NCBI GenBank assembly: GCA_964016885.1
Contig: OZ024743.1
Location: forward strand, 337,528,001 to 337,592,000
From: Eledone cirrhosa
Taxonomy: Eukaryota
Direction of reading: 5' to 3'
Length of the DNA stretch: 64,000 nucleotides
Part shown: positions 36,546 through 50,223 of the stretch, in pieces
Numbering within the stretch: position 1 is the stretch's first letter
Layout of the letters: each line of letters starts with the position of its first letter
Notes under the pieces: model-generated
Databases searched by the model: none
Seen by the model: only the letters and a program-made list of their open reading frames with translations
What the model was told of the DNA's origin: nothing
Translations under genes and position numbers: made by a program

Positions 36546-37167
36546 AGAGAGAGAGAGAGAGACCAAAACAACAGAGAGAGAAAGATATAGAGAGAGAGGG
36601 GAGACAGAGAGAAGGGGAGAGAACGAAAAACTCTAAGTCATATCTTGTTTAGTTAACTTAACAATTGAGATGAAATGAATAAATAAAATTAGAAATGTTA
36701 ATAATCATGAATGGAATATACATATATAATATAAGAAATTAACCATTGTTTAAATATGATTAGATGTTTAGTTAATCATTTAAAAATTGAGATCAATATA
36801 TAAAAAATTGGGATCTATACATTAAGAAATCGATATATTACTAGAGAACTACATATCATATAACACGTATACACACGCAAAAATACATATAAATATATAT
36901 ACACACTTATAAAATACATAACTACGTATATAATATATACACACAAAGCATAAAGGATTCTTTAATTTAATTTAAGATATAGGAATCTTAAAAATGTTAT
37001 AATTGTTAAGATATTAAAGGAAATTTTATGTTATACACACTTTATGTTATTAAACAAAATTTTTTTAATATTAGTTTTATAAGATTACCTGTTATGTATT
37101 TATGGCTGTTATTATATGTCTATCTGTCACGAATCTGGGGAAAATTAAATGTCTTATTTTGAGCTCG

Positions 37168-37241
37168 CTCCTGATGATTCCGAAGCTCTGGACATACCTT
37201 GTTATCGGATGTCTTAAAATACGGATGAAACCATGGTAGAG
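37168..37241 (+). ncRNA. Type I hammerhead ribozyme
   Basis: CTC-CTGATGA-[tTCCG..GGACAT..ATGTCT..CGGAt]-GAAA-CCATGG-TA-GAG. Confidence 0.8.
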
Positions 37242-37642
37242 GTAATTTGGTATGTACACAATTCTTCTAAGTTCAATTTTACACCTAATTGTGTTTAGTT
37301 GACTGTATATCTGGTCGATTTTTACATGCTGTCGAAATGTTGAATAAATAATCTATTGTAGCCACCGCGAAGTGGCTGCTTTCGGTTATTTGTCGAAGGT
37401 TTCTTCATAGGAACCTTTATTCTTATAGCTTGGTCTAATTGATTTTTTTTATATGGTTAATTATACTAATTGGAAGAGGAAATGGTATATGTTATATCTA
37501 GTGAATCTAAAGACATATTTTATGATATATAGCTCTGATTATTTAATTTAATTTATAATTTCTCATTGAGCCACAACGTGACCGGTTGCAAAACACATAT
37601 ATATCTATGACTTTATATATATATGTGAATCTTTATATATAT

Positions 37643-38248
37643 GTCAGGTCACCAGTTGGTGCTACTGGTAACATGTATCCCAGTACAACCTGTCTCATGG
37701 TCGGGTCGTTGGCGACTAAACTGGCAACCCCACCAAGGTTTCTTGGAGAGGAGGGTGACTTTGGACATCCTGCAGGATTAAAAACAAAACCTGTCAAAGG
37801 GCAAAGGAGCTCTTAAGAGTCAATGGCCATCCAAAATCACCGGGAGAGATGACCCCTTAGCCTTTGTCAAGGCAGAATTCTAGGAGAAGGAAAACTCTGA
37901 TATAACACCTGCAACCCAGATGGTATCCAATGATGTTGACTTGTTCTTCTTTTTGGTAAATATCATCTTGGTTAAGAGAGTGGGACTGGCTTTGTGCAGT
38001 GCCTTTGCTCACTATAAAAGCTTCACAGCACAGGCATTGCTTTATATCTGGAGATCTCTCTGCACTTGTCGTCACATGGTACCATGGGCCCAGCACTATG
38101 TGTCAATAATTGTCACAAGTGTAGTGTTTGTACCAGAGTTTTCAAGTCGCTGGCTGGACTAAAAAGTCACACTCGTTCAGCGCATCGGTAGGGGTTCTCC
38201 TACATGGATATAAAGTAGTGGCCGTACTCGAAAACGAGTTGGCAGCCA

Positions 38249-38250
<2 letters not shown>
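37643..38250 (+). mobile_element. Non-autonomous RTE-derived element
   Basis: Near-identical to 15913-16518; followed by a (TA)n tract. Confidence 0.85.
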
Positions 38251-38841
<591 letters not shown>

Positions 38842-40302
38842 GTATAAAAGAGAAAACACAGGTAAGCATTAAGAGAAGGATTCTATCCAGGTATTTACGA
38901 CCGTTTCATTGGTAAGTGCAACCTTATATTGCTATACTGCAAATAGCAGCCACTCAATTATAATTGTTGTTCACGTCCAAATTTTCAAAATAGTGAGTAA
39001 GTTACTCTTGAAATAGTTCTTACTGTATCGAGAAAAACATTTTTTTGGAATTGTATTTATTAGTATAGAGAGAGAGGAAGAGGAATTAAAAGGTGAGGGG
39101 AAAACGGAATAGTATAGATAGAGAGGAAGGGGGAGAAGAGTTAGGAAGTAGAGTAACAAACTGAGAGGGAGGGAGGCTAGTGGTGGAAGGATTCCTTGTT
39201 CAGTTTTGATATGTAGACTTCCTGTCGTTGAATGTAGTGAGTTAAAGAGAATTAAATTGATCAGAGTGGGATGGATGGATAGAGAGGGAGAGAGAGAGAG
39301 AGGGGGGGGGGATATAAAGAGATAAATATATATATAAAAAATAAAGATAAAGATAATATGACAAAAATAAAAGCAAAGAAGGGGGAGAAAGAAGAAAAGA
39401 AAATATAGCCAAAAAGGGGAGGGGAGGAAGGAAGAAAACGAAGAAATAGAACAGGAATGAAGGAGAAGGGAGGGATATAAGTATTGGTTTTTGTGGGTAA
39501 TTAAAAGGGTTTAGATACAATAAGAGGGTATAAAGTCTAAGTATATGCAATTTGTCAGTTGGTAGTAAGAGGTTAAGGGTTCGATTTGCACTTGTAGTGC
39601 AAAAACTTTTCTTTGAGTCTATGGTTACAATAAATTGATCTTTCGATGTTATTGTTGAGTAAATTATTCTTCGAACTCAAAATGTGGAACAGCCCAAGGT
39701 CACATAATCGACAGCTTCTCATACCACTCCGATATAGGGGCGTGTTCGATAATTTTTTCCACTTCAGGGTGTATTGATGGTTACTTTCCCTCAGTTACCA
39801 GGTCTTGTTTGCAAGGGTAGTTACATAACGATGCTGGGAATGTTTCATTACGTAACGGTGTGTATACCAACGGGCTTTAAATGTATTCCCAGTCGCTCCG
39901 AGGTAATACCATTTCTGGTTGTCTGATTCCACTGTGCATTGGTAAACCAGGTTAGACTGCATAATTCCAAAAAAATGTTTTTCTCTGTATATTAAGAACT
40001 ATTTCAAGAGTAACTTACTCACTATTTAGAAAATTTGGACGTGAACAACAATTATAATTGAGTGGCTGCTATTTGCAGTATAGCAATATAAGGTTGCACT
40101 TACCAATGAAACGGTCGTAAATACCTGGATAGAATCCTTCTCTTAATGCTTACCAGTGTTTTCTCTTTTATACTTTATACTCCAAGATTGAACGAAATTC
40201 TTACAAACTTGTGGAGTTACCACTAACCGTACGTTGAAACCATCCATGAAACTGGCTTTCTTAACGACGTACTGGATCACAATAAACAATTTTCTGCTTC
40301 CC
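38842..40302. mobile_element. TA-flanked element with ~210-bp inverted arms (PLE pLTR-like)
   Basis: 38842-39052 is the reverse complement of 39963-40173. Confidence 0.6.
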
Positions 40303-40438
40303 TAACTATATATATATATATATATATATTTATTAGAAATGTTAGCTATCGCCGTGTTTTGACTAAAGAAATTAAAGAAATTATTTAGCCTGATAGTGGG
40401 GTTAAGAACCCTCGGAGAAATGGAAAAAAGATGAGTAT

Positions 40439-40510
40439 TGACGTACATGGGAGTCGAACCCACATCTTTGGTTATCCAGACCACTGTGCTACCATTTACA
40501 CCAACACATC
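40439..40510 (-). tRNA. tRNA-like cloverleaf (pseudo-tRNA or SINE head, anticodon GGA)
   Basis: GATGTGT-TG-GTGT AAATGGTA GCAC-A-GTGGT CTGGATA ACCAA-AGAT-GTGGG TTCGACT CCCAT-GTACGTC-A; A and B boxes present. Confidence 0.6.
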
Positions 40511-40601
40511 ACCCGTCTTTTCCCATTCAAATTAGAACCTATAAACTTAGCGACACTAATGTCAAGTAAGATATATATATATGTACATATATATATATAT
40601 A

Positions 40602-40765
<164 letters not shown>

Positions 40766-40766
40766 C

Positions 40767-40817
<51 letters not shown>

Positions 40818-40824
40818 TATATAC

Positions 40825-40857
<33 letters not shown>

Positions 40858-40860
40858 CAT

Positions 40861-41560
40861 TATTCCGGGTTGAATCGGAGGTAACCACAGTAAGTAAGGT
40901 ACTCAATACATAGCAGAGTATAACAGTTTTAATATAGATGAGATTCTACAGGACTAGAACTGTTTCATTCATTAGAAATCATCACGAATCTGGGTATCAA
41001 AAAATAAATATGGTATTTATAGGTCTCTACAAGTGGTAGGAGAGGGTGGGGAGTGGGATGGGTGCAGGTCATTGGTTGATAGAAAAGGGAATTCATTAAA
41101 AGCTAATTCTACAAAGCTATAGTTAATTTTTATTTTTATTTATATTTATTTATGTTTTTAGAGTAACAAAGGCAGACAGAATTCTATAAACAGGTTCCGG
41201 ATGGCATACCATTCCTTGTCAATAAGTTTCTCTTAAGCTAACAGATGTCTATAAAATCAGTGGGGGGTCAGTCATGCTCGATAGAATTAAAGAAAAGGGA
41301 GATTCTTTAAAAGCTAAAGTCATTAAGGTTCTACTAAGTGACAAAGGTCTAGAGAATTCTGCAGACAGATTCAAAATACTGAGTGCATATCTTACTATTA
41401 TCTTCGAACTTCTCTTAAACTAATCAACAATAAGCCAAAATCAACAGACACATTCACAAAAAAACAAAAAAACAAATACCATATTTATTTTTTGATACCC
41501 AGATTCCTGATGATTTCTAATGAATGAAACAGTTCTAGTCCTGTAGAATCTCATCTATAT
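40861..41560. mobile_element. TA-flanked PLE-like element with inverted HHR-bearing arms
   Basis: ~40932-41018 inverts ~41474-41560; same family as the 58825-59003 fold-back. Confidence 0.7.
41501..41551 (+). ncRNA. Type I hammerhead ribozyme
   Basis: AGATTC-CTGATGA-tTTCtaatGAAt-GAAA-CAGttctagtcCTG-TA-GAATCT; the mirror copy 40941-40991 has GTGATGA. Confidence 0.88.
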
Positions 41561-41570
41561 ATATATATAC

Positions 41571-41690
<120 letters not shown>

Positions 41691-42069
41691 AGTCCCTCAT
41701 CAGTGATTTGCCGAAGATCATAGATATTTCATTGCATTAAAAATCATATATCTCACTTCGTTTGCAATAATAACCAAAATAAGTTATTAGGACAATTGAA
41801 ACGCGTAAAGCGAGTGAGACAGGAGAACAACAGAAAATATAGCATACCTTAGGGGAGAAACAAGCTTCAAAAATTATTCTGTTTAGCATAAGCTAGGTGA
41901 ATATTTCGCTTCCTGTCCTAGTGGCAGTATCAACAGGTTTATAATAAACAGCTGTTATCTGCGACCTGATTTTGCGTGTGTGTCGCTTTAACGGCTTGGT
42001 CGCATGCGTTGGGCAGGAAGCGAAATATTTACTTGCTGTAAAGCTGGCAACCTAATAGTATGGAAATAA

Positions 42070-42149
42070 GCTGTCTGAAGATCCATTTCTTTCCATTGGA
42101 AATTCTCTGGATTTCCAAATTTTGGAATGGTGAAACCGTCGGTAACAGC
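42070..42149 (+). ncRNA. Type I hammerhead ribozyme
   Basis: GCTGT-CTGAAGA-[tCCATT..TTGGAAAT..ATTTCCAA..AATGGt]-GAAA-CCGTCGG-TA-ACAGC. Confidence 0.87.
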
Positions 42150-42221
42150 AATAGAACAGGTGATTATTTAAATCGTTTTTTAATTTATTTAGAGAATTGT
42201 TTGATAACCGCTTGCTCCGCT

Positions 42222-42279
<58 letters not shown>

Positions 42280-42392
42280 GATACCAGTTCCTCAGTGAAA
42301 TAACAACCCAACCAGGAACTGGGCATATCAGAGTATTGAAAAAGTTAAACACCTCAACAACATGTGTACTCGTCTCTACCACACTAATTCGG

Positions 42393-42447
42393 ACTGCCTG
42401 AAGAGGTCACAGCCAAAGATGGCTGTCACCGAAATATATACACCAGT
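42393..42447 (+). ncRNA. Hammerhead ribozyme, cleavage site decayed (relative of 84-139)
   Basis: ACTGC-CTGAAGA-GGTC ACAGCCA aaga TGGCTGT CACC-GAAA-TATATA-CA-CCAGT; compensatory helix II changes versus 84-139. Confidence 0.7.
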
Positions 42448-42594
42448 AATAAACGAAGCCAAATTTTAAACATTTGACTTATTTATTTTATTTTATTTTA
42501 CATTACTCCGGAGTAACCAAATCAACCTGCGCACTTCGTTGTGTGCTCCAATCTGCATACTGAGGTGTTGGTATACAACCAACATATACTCAAA

Positions 42595-42625
<31 letters not shown>

Positions 42626-43174
42626 CATACACGTACCTAAACACCTACACATACATAAACACGCACACACACACGAAAAATTCGCAAGGGACTGCACCGA
42701 GAGGGATAGAGAGAAAGAGTAACTTAGTGGAAAGAGTGCGAATGGACTTTTGAGGTAAGTAGGCTACGCCTTACTGCTATTGCACTGGAACCTTCTGCCA
42801 ACTTAACCTGTGACTTTCTCTCTCACATTTACTCCAATAGGCCAAAACAAAAGAGTATGAAAAGAAGGGGCTCAACAATATTTCTATGAACTATGCACGT
42901 AGACAGCTAAACTGTACTGTCAACTTCTTAATTTTCTCCAAATAAAACAAGTTTCCTCTCGGTATATTTCGTGAGTTTTTAACAGGCACTCACAAATAAA
43001 CGCTTCTCATTGAAGGTGCTATTACCAATGTTCTTACCCGTGCAACGCCGGGATACACTGCTAGTATATATGTATATATACTGGTTCACTGCCCTGCTAT
43101 GACTTCTCTCTCCCACGTGTAGCTGGACAGTCACTTTTAAAATTCTCTTAGTGTTGTCTGAAATGTATAGCCTT

Positions 43175-43256
43175 ACACACGCTGAGGAACCGAGGTTATT
43201 CAATTTCTGTCAACAAATGACTGACGAAACACATCTCTTTGGATTTGTACGTGTGT
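43175..43256 (+). ncRNA. Type I hammerhead ribozyme with full hairpin helix III
   Basis: ACACACG-CTGAGGA-[..GGTTATT..AATGACT..]-GAAA-CACATCT cttt GGATTTG-TA-CGTGTGT; partial minus-strand relative at ~54145-54175. Confidence 0.75.
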
Positions 43257-43509
43257 TATATAGTTATAGAGGTGTTTATTTACGCTTTAATTTATATTTT
43301 TAATTATCGTGTCTATAGTCTGCCTTTCATAGGTTATAGATTCCATACACTGGTGGTTTTTTCCCTGTTTTATTGATAGTGCACTGTATGTCTCTAGTGT
43401 GTTACTTTTTCAACATATTATATTTTAAAGAGCTCAGGATTTCTTCTCCTTTGAGCACACATTATTTACAGGGAATGGCGAGGCTCTATGGCTCCGTTAA
43501 TTTATCGTG

Positions 43510-43561
<52 letters not shown>

Positions 43562-43564
<3 letters not shown>

Positions 43565-44094
43565 CAAGGTCTAGCAAATAGAGAAAAAGTTTAAAATAAA
43601 TTTTAAAAAATTCGCCGTACTTACTATATGTGCCTTTACCGCGGTTTCATGCTCCAGAATAAACGGAAAATCCAAGCAGATTTCCATTGAGAAGAGAGAA
43701 ATCTTCAGAAGGCTCTTCTCCCTCAGAGAATATAAAATTCCCGAGTTCAAATCACAAACTGACGCCATACAAAACCATTCCCAAATGAGAGCGGATGATG
43801 AAAGAAATAATTCTGTCTGGTGCCGTGTGCAAAGACAAAAGGCATGGTGGACAGGTCAATGTCTTGCCACTAGAAATAGCAGCAGTCCAAACGTCCAAAA
43901 TGTTATCTCTACCTTAGGGGGGAGATCAATAACAATAAAGTATGAATTCCTACGTGTAAAAGATACATATAAGGAAACAAGTATTATCCCACCGTATGCC
44001 AATGTGGTTCTATGGCGGGTTAATAAATTAACAAGCAAGAACAAATATAATCAAGGTCTAGCAAATAGAGAAAAAGTTTTAAAATAAATTTTAA
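43562..44094 (-). mobile_element. ~487-bp non-coding unit with terminal direct repeat and HHR
   Basis: AATCAAGGTCTAGCAAATAGAGAAAAAG at 43562 and 44049; TA flanks. Confidence 0.7.
43632..43713 (-). ncRNA. Type I hammerhead ribozyme
   Basis: GCCTT-CTGAAGA-[t..CTCT..AATGGAAATC..GATTTTCCGTT..GGAG..t]-GAAA-CCGCGG-TA-AAGGC. Confidence 0.83.
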
Positions 44095-44113
44095 TATATA
44101 TATATATATATAT

Positions 44114-44491
44114 GTCAGGTCGCTCTGGAGTGCTACTGTTAACATGTAACCCAGTACAGCCTGTCTCAGGAGAATTGGTCAACATCATCAGATGCTTCCG
44201 AAACTGCAAGTTTTTTTCAGTTTCCCTCTCCTAGAAAGGTGTGTTGACAACAATTGAGGGCCTTTCACTCCCAGGTGAAAAAAACCCAAACCAAACTACT
44301 ATTTGGATGGACGTTGACTCTGCTGAGTTCCTCGGCCCTTTGCTGGGTCTTGTATTTCATCCCGCAGGGTGTCCAAATATCACCCTCCTCGCCAAGCAAG
44401 CTTGGTGGGGTTACCGGTTTAGTCGCCGACGACCCGACCATAAGACAGGTTGTACTGGGTTACATGTTACCAGTAGCACTTGAGAGTGACC

Positions 44492-44494
<3 letters not shown>
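44114..44494 (-). mobile_element. Diverged relative of the RTE-derived element head, with an inverted partial head
   Basis: 44170-44494 (-) matches the GTCAGGTC..CCCAGTACAACCTGTC head; 44114-44168 is the same head on +. Confidence 0.7.
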
Positions 44495-44546
<52 letters not shown>

Positions 44547-44975
44547 TGAGAGAGAGAGAGAGAAAGAGAGAGAAGAGAGATAGATAGATACAAATATACA
44601 TATATATATAGAGATTGGAGATCCTTAACTCCACTTTGTAATTTGATATGTATGTATATATGACCACCGTGAAATCTACTAACATCATAGGAGTTTACCA
44701 ACATTTCACCCACATCCTCTTACGGAATCACCTATATAACTCACCCACACACACACCCCAAAAAATTTTTTTTCTCCCACACGCCACCTACACCCACAAC
44801 ACGCTTAAACCCCACATACACGTGCTTTCCACAACATATTTACACCCTCAGCCTCCGGATTCTTCTCCCCCCACCCTTCTATCCACACACGCACAGACAC
44901 CCCGACCTACACCCCACCCCACCCGACCTACACCCCACCCCACACACACCCCGTTCTTCCCCCAACCCTTGCTTT

Positions 44976-45016
<41 letters not shown>

Positions 45017-45445
45017 ACACCTACACACACACACCACCTTCAGCCCTCCCCGCTCGGACACCCCGTCTCCCTCTCCCCACTCCACCCGCCACCACCCCTA
45101 CACACCCCACACCCTTCCACCACCTGTTTTACCCCTTTTTAATTTCAGTTTATTTTGATCATGCTTTTATATTTATTTTTATTTCATTTCATTTTATTTT
45201 GATCATGCTTTATTTTTATTTTTATTTTTAATTTCATTCGCACCGTTTCCTCCCACCCCCTTTTCGCTATATGTCTCTCCACCACTCCCCTACACACCCT
45301 TTGAACTCTCTTCCCACACACTTCTCACCTGGGGAAGGGCTTATGCCCAAAACGTCGTTCCCCACCACCACCCCACTCTCCAGAGCGTGAAATTAATAAA
45401 CATTCGTTGTACTGCCTCTCTGTTTTGTTCCTGTTCAAATTTTCC

Positions 45446-45487
<42 letters not shown>

Positions 45488-45516
45488 TGGTTAAACAACA
45501 GTTAGTTCACCATACC

Positions 45517-45610
45517 GAGAACAACTGTTTCACCTTAGCGGATCCTCAGCTCGTAATGTCCATTAAGAGCTGAGGATCCGCTAAGGTGAAACAATTGTTC
45601 TCGGTATGGA
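45517..45610. ncRNA. Divergent pair of hammerhead ribozymes in a fold-back (45517-45552 minus, 45559-45610 plus)
   Basis: GAG-CTGAGGA-tCCgctaaGGt-GAAA-CAATTG-TT-CTC; helix I extended by TCCAT/ATGGA on +; arms 45485-45552 / 45567-45638. Confidence 0.75.
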
Positions 45611-45785
45611 TGGTGAAGTAACTGTTGTTTAACCACTTCTACCTAACTCGATACCACTACGGATATTACCTTCCAGTGTTCTACCACTATATACATACAT
45701 ACATACATACATACATACATACATACATACATACATACATACATACATACATACATACATACATACATACATACATAAATACATA

Positions 45786-46435
45786 CAGTCAGATCAAAGG
45801 CATCTTCTTGCACCCATCACTATTGATGGCAAAGATCTGAAATATGTGACCTCCTTTATTTACCTTGGCAGCAAGATGAACCACTCTGCATCCCTGGATG
45901 ATGAAATTGTTAATCGCATCTCCAAGCAACTGATGCTTTTGGCAAACTACATCACTGCCTACGGGGTGCCAAAGTTATATCCTGAAAACAAAAGTTGCAG
46001 TTTATCGTGCAGTGATACTGATGACATTTTTATATGGTCATAGACACTTTACCCCACTCACATACATAACCTTGATGTCTTCCACAGACGCTGTCTTCGC
46101 TCTGAAACATTGGTGGTATTGAGTCATTTCTGATGCAATCCCAACTCAGATGTGCTGGTCATGTCCTACGGATGTTGTACAGTCAGCTCCAGGATGGTGT
46201 GCATATTGGGGGAAAGCCCCTACTCCGATATAAGGACAAACTGAAGTACAATCTTAAGTCTGTCAACATACCTCCTTCTTCGTTTGAAGTTATAACTGCC
46301 AACCGTAAAAGATGGAGAACCGTCTGTCACGAAAGTATAATGAACTTTGAGAAATCTCGTTTTGCCTACTTCTGTGAGATAAGATCTGACACCAGCCTGC
46401 TCTGTTCAAGATCCTGTCACCTGCACCAAATGCAA
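45786..46435 (+). pseudogene. RTE LINE 3' fragment
   Basis: FIYLGS..LDDEIVNRISK, QLRCAGHV.RM, GKPLLRYKDKLK. Confidence 0.75.
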
Positions 46436-46439
46436 ATCT

Positions 46440-49400
46440 GTGAAAAACGCAATAGTCAATAGTGTACAGAAACGCATAGCTAGAATATCCGCTAATAAAT
46501 CCATATTTGACGAAAAAGCAGGATATTATAATGACGCGCTACGAAAGGCAGGTTATAAAAATAATATAGAATATATGGATAATAATTTGAATTATAATCC
46601 TAATAAGATTAACATGTATAAAAGAGATTCTAAAAATGTTAATACAAACACCACTACCGTAAATAAATCGGGAAAAAAAATCAGAACTAAATCAGTTATA
46701 TGGTTTGCCCCCCCCCCCTCCCCCGGCTTCTGTAGCAATAAAAACTCCACTCGCAAATCTATTCTTTAAAGCTTTAGATAAATCCTTCCCCTATTCAACA
46801 TAAATACCGTTCCATATTTAACAGACACACAATTAAGCTTTCTTATTCTACAACTATGAATATGGCCCAAAACATCGCTAAAATAAATAGTAGAATTCTA
46901 AATCAACATACATTTAACGATAATGAATATAATAACACTAGCAATATTGACACTAGAAATAACAGTAACATCGCTATCAATAGAACATTTCGGAATACTA
47001 ATAATGTTAATGTAAATAGTACAATTTATAGTAATAACAATAAATCGAAGTGTAATTGTAGAAATAGACCAGATTGCCCTCTGCAAAATAACTGTCTTGA
47101 TAGCAATTTGGTATATAAATGCACCGTAAAAGCAAATAACATCACATACAACTATATAGGTGCAACTTCTTCGACATTTAAATCTAGATTTGCGAATCAC
47201 AAATGCTCTTATTCGAATCCTAATAGGAAATCTTCGACGTCTTTATCACAACTTATATGGTCATTAAAAGACAAAAACTTAAAATATTCGATTTCTTGGG
47301 TGAAGTTATGTAATAGTAGAATATATTTGAATTCGTCAATATCACCTAACTGCAACCTCTGTACCATGGAGACCCTTTTAATAATTACTGATTGCGAAAA
47401 TTTAATTAACAAAAAGAGTGAATTATTCTCAAACTGCCTTCATAAGGCCCTGTCTACATTCCAAGCCTCGCAAAAAGTCAGGAAAAAACACTAAATAAGA
47501 CGTCTAATTTTTTGACGTCTCTTATCAACTGTGTACCTAAAACGTTATAACGGATTATAAAACCTTAATAATTTTTATTTTTTAATTATTTTATGATATG
47601 ATTAATGTTAGATTTAAGGGTCTTGTTTAGGTATATAAACACATTATTGGTTAACATGATCTCTTGAGGAATGTGCATATCTTTTGATTAAGATATATTT
47701 GATTTTTTGACTGGGATTCTTGTATATATTTTTTTAGAGAGTTTAGAAAATATATGGCTTATACGCTTAACAATTATAATGTACCGTAAATCATTCATGC
47801 ATTAATGTTTTTGTATATTTACTTATCTGGAGTATGTTTTACGATTCAGGAAGTTTGATTTATATATTTTTATTTATATATATTTACGGTATATGCATCA
47901 CACACCATACTAGTCGACAACCTTTGTTTTCCACTTATCTTGATGTAAAACTTCAATTATAACATTACTAACAATGATTGTACTGTTTATTTATTATATG
48001 TATATCGATCACTAATATCTAGAATACTCTATTTATATTTGAATAAATCTGTATATCTAGTATAATAACATGCTTCTAGTTACATTTATAAGTATTTTAA
48101 ATACTTTAATAACTTTCTAGTGTTATAGTCGTTAAATATTTTCTAAATATTTTCTAAACTCTCTAAGTTATATAACGATTATTATTGATATGTACTTTAG
48201 ATACTTTAATGATTTTCTAATGTTATAATCGTTAAATATGTTCTAAATGTTTTCTAAATTTTCTAAGTTATATAACGATTATTATTTAATTTAATTTAAT
48301 TAAATTTGGCTTACCTTCGAGTCAATGAAATCCTGAGGCTTTCTCTTTCTCATGTTTGCAGACACATTATACTACTATATAAATTTATAAAGAAAATCTA
48401 AGATCGCAGACAATTCATTTTTTTTACTCTGAATCAGATTCTTATCCGTATGATTCAAGAAGTTTGAGTTGTATATTTATAGTATATATGTGTTACATGA
48501 CCTTATTATAATAATTGATCTAAAACCTTAATTTCTAACAATATTATCAGTAACTTATTTATTGTATTTATTGTATCAGTAACTTATTTATTGTATATAT
48601 AAATGATAGGTATCATCTTAATATTTAGACAATATAATCTTTGTCTATATTTAGACAATGAATAATACACTTTTTTAAGTTTAATTATAAGGCTTTTTGA
48701 TGCTTTAAGGCATTCTAATTGTTAATCTGAATTTTTTAAAATTATATCTTCTTATAATATAAATAATTATAATAAAATTATTAAGATTTACCTTCGAGAA
48801 GATGAAAAATAGCATGTTTTCTCTCTCATGTTTGCAAATAGTTTAAATATGAATTCATAAAATATGATTTTATAAATTAAATATGATAGTATACTTTAAT
48901 AGTAATATTTATAAACTTTTATAGCCTGGAATATTATGCACTTTAATTAATTCATTACTCTGAGCTAACTTAAATGATTTGAAAGTTAACGGTCAACCGG
49001 ACACATTTGGATAGTATATATAACTAATTAACTGAGGAAATTAACCTTTATTGATTACACCCAGTTATATTTAGGATTTAGATTGATGAATAGTTCTAGA
49101 TAATTCAATAATTCAATAATTCAATGATTCGAGTTTACTCTATCGCATAGCTATGCCCAAATGTATAGTTGTGTATGGATATATATCATACATAACTATA
49201 CATCCCTCCCTATAATTATAATTATTCCTCTTTGTCTCCCTTTCCTTGATCAATTCTCCTTTGCTCTCTATACCTCTTCTAGCTATATTTTACCCTCATA
49301 TATTTTTTCTCTGTTTTTTTTCTTTCCTCTTTCTTCAATAATTATTTGAATCTCTAACAGTTATGTAAATTACTGTTAAGTATTTTTAAGTTTTCTCACA

Positions 49401-49752
49401 CGCACCCTCTGTATTATATGTATTATATGTAAGTTTTTTCATGTATCAATCTTAAGGTATATAAATATTGAGTTTTATCATATCTTACTCACTACCATGA
49501 CTGGATCTTAACCATCTACTATGTCAGGGTATGTCATACATCATCTTATTTTATCTGATGAGGACGTACTGTTGAAGTTAGCTAAGTACCTCTGAAATAT
49601 GTATAATAAAATATACTTGATCACAATGAAGTTCTATTTTTGTTAATATTTTGAATGAATATTAATAACTCCGGAAAACCATTACTGTTGAGTGCTTCCA
49701 ATCTATTGTAAAACTAATTCTTTGATTTATTCATTGAACCTTGTTTAACCTT
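46440..49752 (+). mobile_element. 5'-truncated PLE: thumb-linker-GIY-YIG (46440-47494) followed by a long AT-rich region ending in an HHR
   Basis: YYNDALRKAGY, IWFAPP, CNCRNRPDCPLQNNC, LVY..YIG..R..H, CNLC..E, CLH. Whether the whole 3' region belongs to one element is uncertain. Confidence 0.78.
49547..49613 (+). ncRNA. Type I hammerhead ribozyme
   Basis: TATTTTAT-CTGATGA-[gGAc GTACT..AGTAC cTCt]-GAAA-TATGTA-TA-ATAAAATA; 8-bp helix I. Confidence 0.87.
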
Positions 49753-49905
<153 letters not shown>

Positions 49906-50116
49906 TGCATATATATATGTATGTGTGTGTATGTATATGTGCATATATATATATGTGTATATATATGTATATATATATTTTTTTCTAAAATCTCACACAT
50001 TCACATATTTTTTCGTATACAGTATTTGTTAATACCTAAAGTGATACTGTTTACACACACACTCACACACTCAAATACAGACACACACACACACACACTC
50101 ACACACACACACACAT

Positions 50117-50223
<107 letters not shown>

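Noticed and set aside
44180-44200. CTGATGA on the minus strand
   Set aside because: Part of the RTE-like UTR (GATGATGTTGAC); no helix II-GAAA-UH follows.
45329-45358. CTGGGGA-aGGGC ttat GCCC-AAAACGTC
   Set aside because: Probably a decayed PLE hammerhead with two core changes and no helix I; counted only as degenerate.
49032-49045. CTGAGGA
   Set aside because: No helix II or downstream GAAA-UH with helix I pairing.
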